Below are positions 60,691 through 64,000 of a stretch of 64,000 nt of DNA, piece by piece. Under the pieces are notes generated by a model that saw only the letters and a program-made list of their open reading frames with translations, made no database searches and was not told the DNA's origin. Each line of letters opens with the position of its first letter. The stretch's first letter is position 1. Origin of the DNA: Nitrospirota bacterium. GTDB taxonomy: Bacteria > Nitrospirota > UBA9217. The stretch spans positions 352,001 through 416,000 of the forward strand of contig CAWJQQ010000001.1 in the NCBI GenBank assembly GCA_963845065.1, read 5' to 3'. The translations under genes were made by a program, and so were the position numbers.

Positions 60691-62103
60691 TGTGTATGTG
60701 ATAACCGCCAGGACATCGTGCACAAGAAAAACCGTCACGACATCGTGCAATCGCAACTCTGAAACTATTCGATCTTGCGATGCCGTGACTTGTGTCAACG
60801 GTCATCGCAGTTGATAATTGTATTCCTCGACCTGGACTGTATCCCGGAAAAGTTTCAACTTTTGTTCTTTGACATCGACAGTAGCCACAACGTATTCGTA
60901 TTGGGTCTCCGGTGGGGCTGGGAACCTTTCTCCAAAGATATCTAATCGGCACTCGCTTCGAATGAACCGCACGAGATGATAGTAACCTTCCTCCGGCTTG
61001 TCCAAGGGGTGCTTTGGAGCGTTACTCTTGCTCGGGAAGACCAATTTCTTCTCCATAGCGGCAAATGCCTTGAGCGGCGTTTTCCCTTTGAGTTTGCTGT
61101 AGCGATAGGTACTGTTGTGCCGATGCTCGAAGGCCAGAGACTCCTGCCGAAGCTGCGGCATTGACGACATCATGATCTTGTCGAGAAACTTCTGCTGGTA
61201 ATGGTCGTTGAACTTCTCGACGACACCGTTCCACCACGGTTCAGAAGGTGGAATAAACCAGAGCTGGACGCCGTAATCCAGGCAGAGACGAATAAGCGGC
61301 CCCATCCCTCGCGGATAGGCAGGACAACCGAAGAAAGCTATTTCGTTGTCCACTTGAAGATTCTCAGGAAGCCCCATACGCAGCCAGATGGCATAAACAG
61401 AGTCCAGAATGCTTTGCGCCGCTTTGGAGAGCATCGGCTCTATTCCGCACCGGTTGATTGCGACGTCAATGGCATTCAGGCCGTAGAACCGGATCGGACC
61501 CTTAAGATAGCAGGGGCCGACCAAATCGAGCTGATGAGTTTGGTTGGGAAAATACGCCGGCAAAGTAGGATATTTTTTTCCCTTCGGCGTATATCTTCCG
61601 GTTCGCCGGTGGGTCAATTCACGGCGGCATAAAATGCGCTCAATGGTGCGAGTGGAGGGCAGCGGCTGAACGTTCATATCCTCCATCTCCCATCTGATGG
61701 CCTGGCCGCCACAGAAGAGGTCCTTATTGTACAAGCTCGATCGCACCAACTCAACGATCTGTTCAATCTCCGCAGGTGTTCGGTGGGGGCTGATGAGAGG
61801 CCGACGTGATAGCTCTTCATACCAGGTCGAATCGTCTGGAATGTGCCGTGTCAACCACTTGTACAGCCAGCGACGCGATCTACCCAGAGAAGCGCAGATG
61901 CTCTCCACGTCTTCTCCGGCGATATATCGTTGCACTGCAGATGCTCGTTCCTGCTGAATCTTTTTTTTCATGAACACCCCCTATAAATTTAGTGGTGTTC
62001 ATGATAGCGCTAAACGTGGCTACTCGATTGTCAAAGAGCGTTTGTGCACGATGTCGTGGCGGATAAATCAGTGCACGATGTATTGTCGGTTATCATGTAT
62101 GCA
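60691..62103 (-). mobile_element. IS481-like insertion sequence with long imperfect TIRs
   Basis: TG...CA ends; TGATAACCG and two ACATCGTGCA motifs mirrored at each end. Confidence 0.75.
60802..61977 (-). CDS. DDE (rve) transposase, IS481-like
   Basis: N-terminal HTH; HQLD, QVDN, NGVVEKFN. Confidence 0.85.
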   Translation of the reverse strand: MFMKKKIQQERASAVQRYIAGEDVESICASLGRSRRWLYKWLTRHIPDDSTWYEELSRRPLISPHRTPAEIEQIVELVRSSLYNKDLFCGGQAIRWEMEDMNVQPLPSTRTIERILCRRELTHRRTGRYTPKGKKYPTLPAYFPNQTHQLDLVGPCYLKGPIRFYGLNAIDVAINRCGIEPMLSKAAQSILDSVYAIWLRMGLPENLQVDNEIAFFGCPAYPRGMGPLIRLCLDYGVQLWFIPPSEPWWNGVVEKFNDHYQQKFLDKIMMSSMPQLRQESLAFEHRHNSTYRYSKLKGKTPLKAFAAMEKKLVFPSKSNAPKHPLDKPEEGYYHLVRFIRSECRLDIFGERFPAPPETQYEYVVATVDVKEQKLKLFRDTVQVEEYNYQLR

Positions 62104-62251
62104 TATTTCATTAATATTCGCTAGAGATTCAATCAATTGAAATTCGTTTGATTGCAGGTTTTTTTTCGGAGTACTATGACCATCAGTGAAGTATAGAATT
62201 CCGTCTGAAGCTTTCAGCCAAGAATTCTTCCTGAAACTGGTGGAGTAAGTC

Positions 62252-62443
62252 ATGTTTTTTTCATTCTGGACTACAACGCACAAGGGCGATATTCCCGGTT
62301 TTCCGACTTGAGGCAAACAGATCAAGATGTCAGGGGCCACCGTCTACTATTTCGACGGAGACCGCCTCACCGGGCACTGGCAAATCACAGATCGCCTTGG
62401 TGTATATCAGCAGTTACGCCAATACTCTGATGTCGGGAAATAA
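62252..62443 (+). pseudogene. SnoaL-like ester cyclase C-terminal remnant
   Basis: WTTTHKGDIPGFPT*GKQIKMSGATVYYFDGDRLTGHWQITDRLGVYQQL. Confidence 0.65.
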
Positions 62444-62509
62444 GATTATGCCAACTCATCGCTATTACTAAGTTTCGTAAAATACACCCTATCATTGGCA
62501 TCTCTTTAG

Positions 62510-63876
62510 CAGGTTGTTGAAAAAGCGCTCTAAAAGCAAAAAGTAGTTGCATTATTCGTATAAATATATTATAACAATCGCGTAGTCATCCTTTTATTGC
62601 AAGGGAGAGATGCATGCGCGGAGATGATACCAAAACAGAAGCGATGTTCTACTATATATCACCAGAATCGATGGTCCCCCAAGATCATCCGTTGCGACCC
62701 ATCCGAAAGATGGTGGATCAGGCGCTTGCGGAGCTTTCTCCCGAGTTCGACAAGATGTATTCCCGCATCGGCCGCCCGTCCGTACCTCCGGAGAAACTCT
62801 TGAAAGGGCTGCTTCTCCAAACGCTTTTCTCCATTCGGAGTGTCCGTCAACTCATGGATCAAGTCGGGTATAACGTCCTTTATAAGTGGTTCCTTGGCCT
62901 CGCCATGGACGACAAGGTTTGGGACCACTCGACCTTTTCCCAGAATCAGGACCGCCTTATCGACACTGATATCGCCCGGAAGTTCATCGAACGCATTCAG
63001 GCACAGGCCGAGAAAGCAGACCTTATATCAAAAGAACACTTCTCCGTGGACGGCACTCTGATTGAAGCCTGGGCATCCATCAAGAACTTTCGTCAGAAGT
63101 CTGAACCTACTCCGCCGCCAAAGGAAACCCGAAATGACGACGTGGACTTCAGGGGTACCAAGCTTAAAAACGAAACCCATGAGTCCAAGACCGACCCTGA
63201 TTGCCGTATCTATAAGAAGAGTTCCGGTAGTGCCGCCAAACTGTGCTATATGGGCCATCTCCTCATGGAGAACCGGAATGGCTTGATCGTTGTGCCTACC
63301 GTAACTCATGCCACCGGAACTGCCGAGCGCGAAGCGGCAGAGGCGATGGTGACTGAGGTTGCCGGAAGCCGCCGAATCACTCTGGGCGGAGACAAGAACT
63401 ACGATACTCAGGATTTCGTGTTCACGCTGCGCAACCTGAAAGTCACACCCCATGTTGCCGCCAATACCGAACGAAAAGGCGGCTCCGCAATCGACAGCAG
63501 AACAACCCGTCACACTGGTTATGCCGTAAGCCGGCAGTTTCGGAAGCGCATTGAAGAGGCCTTCGGTTGGATGAAGACCGTCGGCAATATCCGAAAGATC
63601 AAGTACCGAGGAGTACCCAAGGTTTCCTGGCACTTCATCTTCACCGCTGCAGCTTACAATCTGGTCAGGATGAGAAATTTGGGCGTAGCGGCTACATAGC
63701 ACAGTAGCGATGCGCCTTTTCACGCCTCCGAACGAGAAACGGGGCGAATAAAGCTACACGAGAATAACAAAGATCAAAAATAACCGATCAGTAGTACGAA
63801 TAGTTTATCTCCGGCCCGTTCACATGATGAATGGGCGGATAATTTTCACCAAACTGAAGCCTTTTTCAACGGCCTG
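62510..63876 (+). mobile_element. IS5-family element, complete, TTAG target duplication
   Basis: TIR CAGGTTGTTGAAAAAG / CTTTTTCAACGGCCTG (14/16); TTAG at 62506-62509 and 63877-63880. Confidence 0.9.
62614..63699 (+). CDS. IS5-family transposase
   Basis: GRPSVPPE, WDHSTFS, SVDGTLIEAWAS, GGDKNYD, RKRIEEAFGW. Confidence 0.93.
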   Translation: MRGDDTKTEAMFYYISPESMVPQDHPLRPIRKMVDQALAELSPEFDKMYSRIGRPSVPPEKLLKGLLLQTLFSIRSVRQLMDQVGYNVLYKWFLGLAMDDKVWDHSTFSQNQDRLIDTDIARKFIERIQAQAEKADLISKEHFSVDGTLIEAWASIKNFRQKSEPTPPPKETRNDDVDFRGTKLKNETHESKTDPDCRIYKKSSGSAAKLCYMGHLLMENRNGLIVVPTVTHATGTAEREAAEAMVTEVAGSRRITLGGDKNYDTQDFVFTLRNLKVTPHVAANTERKGGSAIDSRTTRHTGYAVSRQFRKRIEEAFGWMKTVGNIRKIKYRGVPKVSWHFIFTAAAYNLVRMRNLGVAAT

Positions 63877-64000
63877 TTAGATCAAGCATATATTTGTCGA
63901 AATTAGACTGTTGAGAATTATCAGAAGAAACATATGGGAAAAATCTATGCAAACCGTTTCAAACTTATAATCTTCATTCTTACTCTTTCTAGCTGCAATC

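Overview
A 64-kb bacterial accessory region with two main clusters. (1) 2381-26847: a REC-AraC regulator, a 4549-aa predicted outer-membrane adhesin (DUF11/isopeptide-type Ig repeats, SdrD-B-like domains, three OmpA-like domains, C-terminal beta-barrel) and a tightly coupled operon of TPR proteins, a MotA/TolQ/ExbB subunit, two ExbD subunits and a TonB-like protein. The gene order resembles the Agl-Glt core (gltC/D/E/F, aglR/Q/S, gltG); a Pal follows. (2) 43441-52235: a PhcB-like SAM methyltransferase, a dedicated type II FAS/PKS set (FabG, non-catalytic KS, FabZ, KS, ACP), a CrtI-like FAD oxidoreductase and a membrane hybrid histidine kinase, a candidate fatty-acid-methyl-ester signal synthase/receptor system. 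Also present: several mostly decayed toxin-antitoxin modules, two degenerate tRNA-fMet 3' remnants, a repeat-rich beta-propeller lipoprotein, a c-di-GMP-I riboswitch, a candidate rod-shaped ncRNA, and mobile elements (IS110/IS1111 with structured right end, integrase+IS91, TnpB-only IS200/IS605 with IS608-like ends, IS481-like, IS5). All family calls come from motif recognition by eye; no searches were run.
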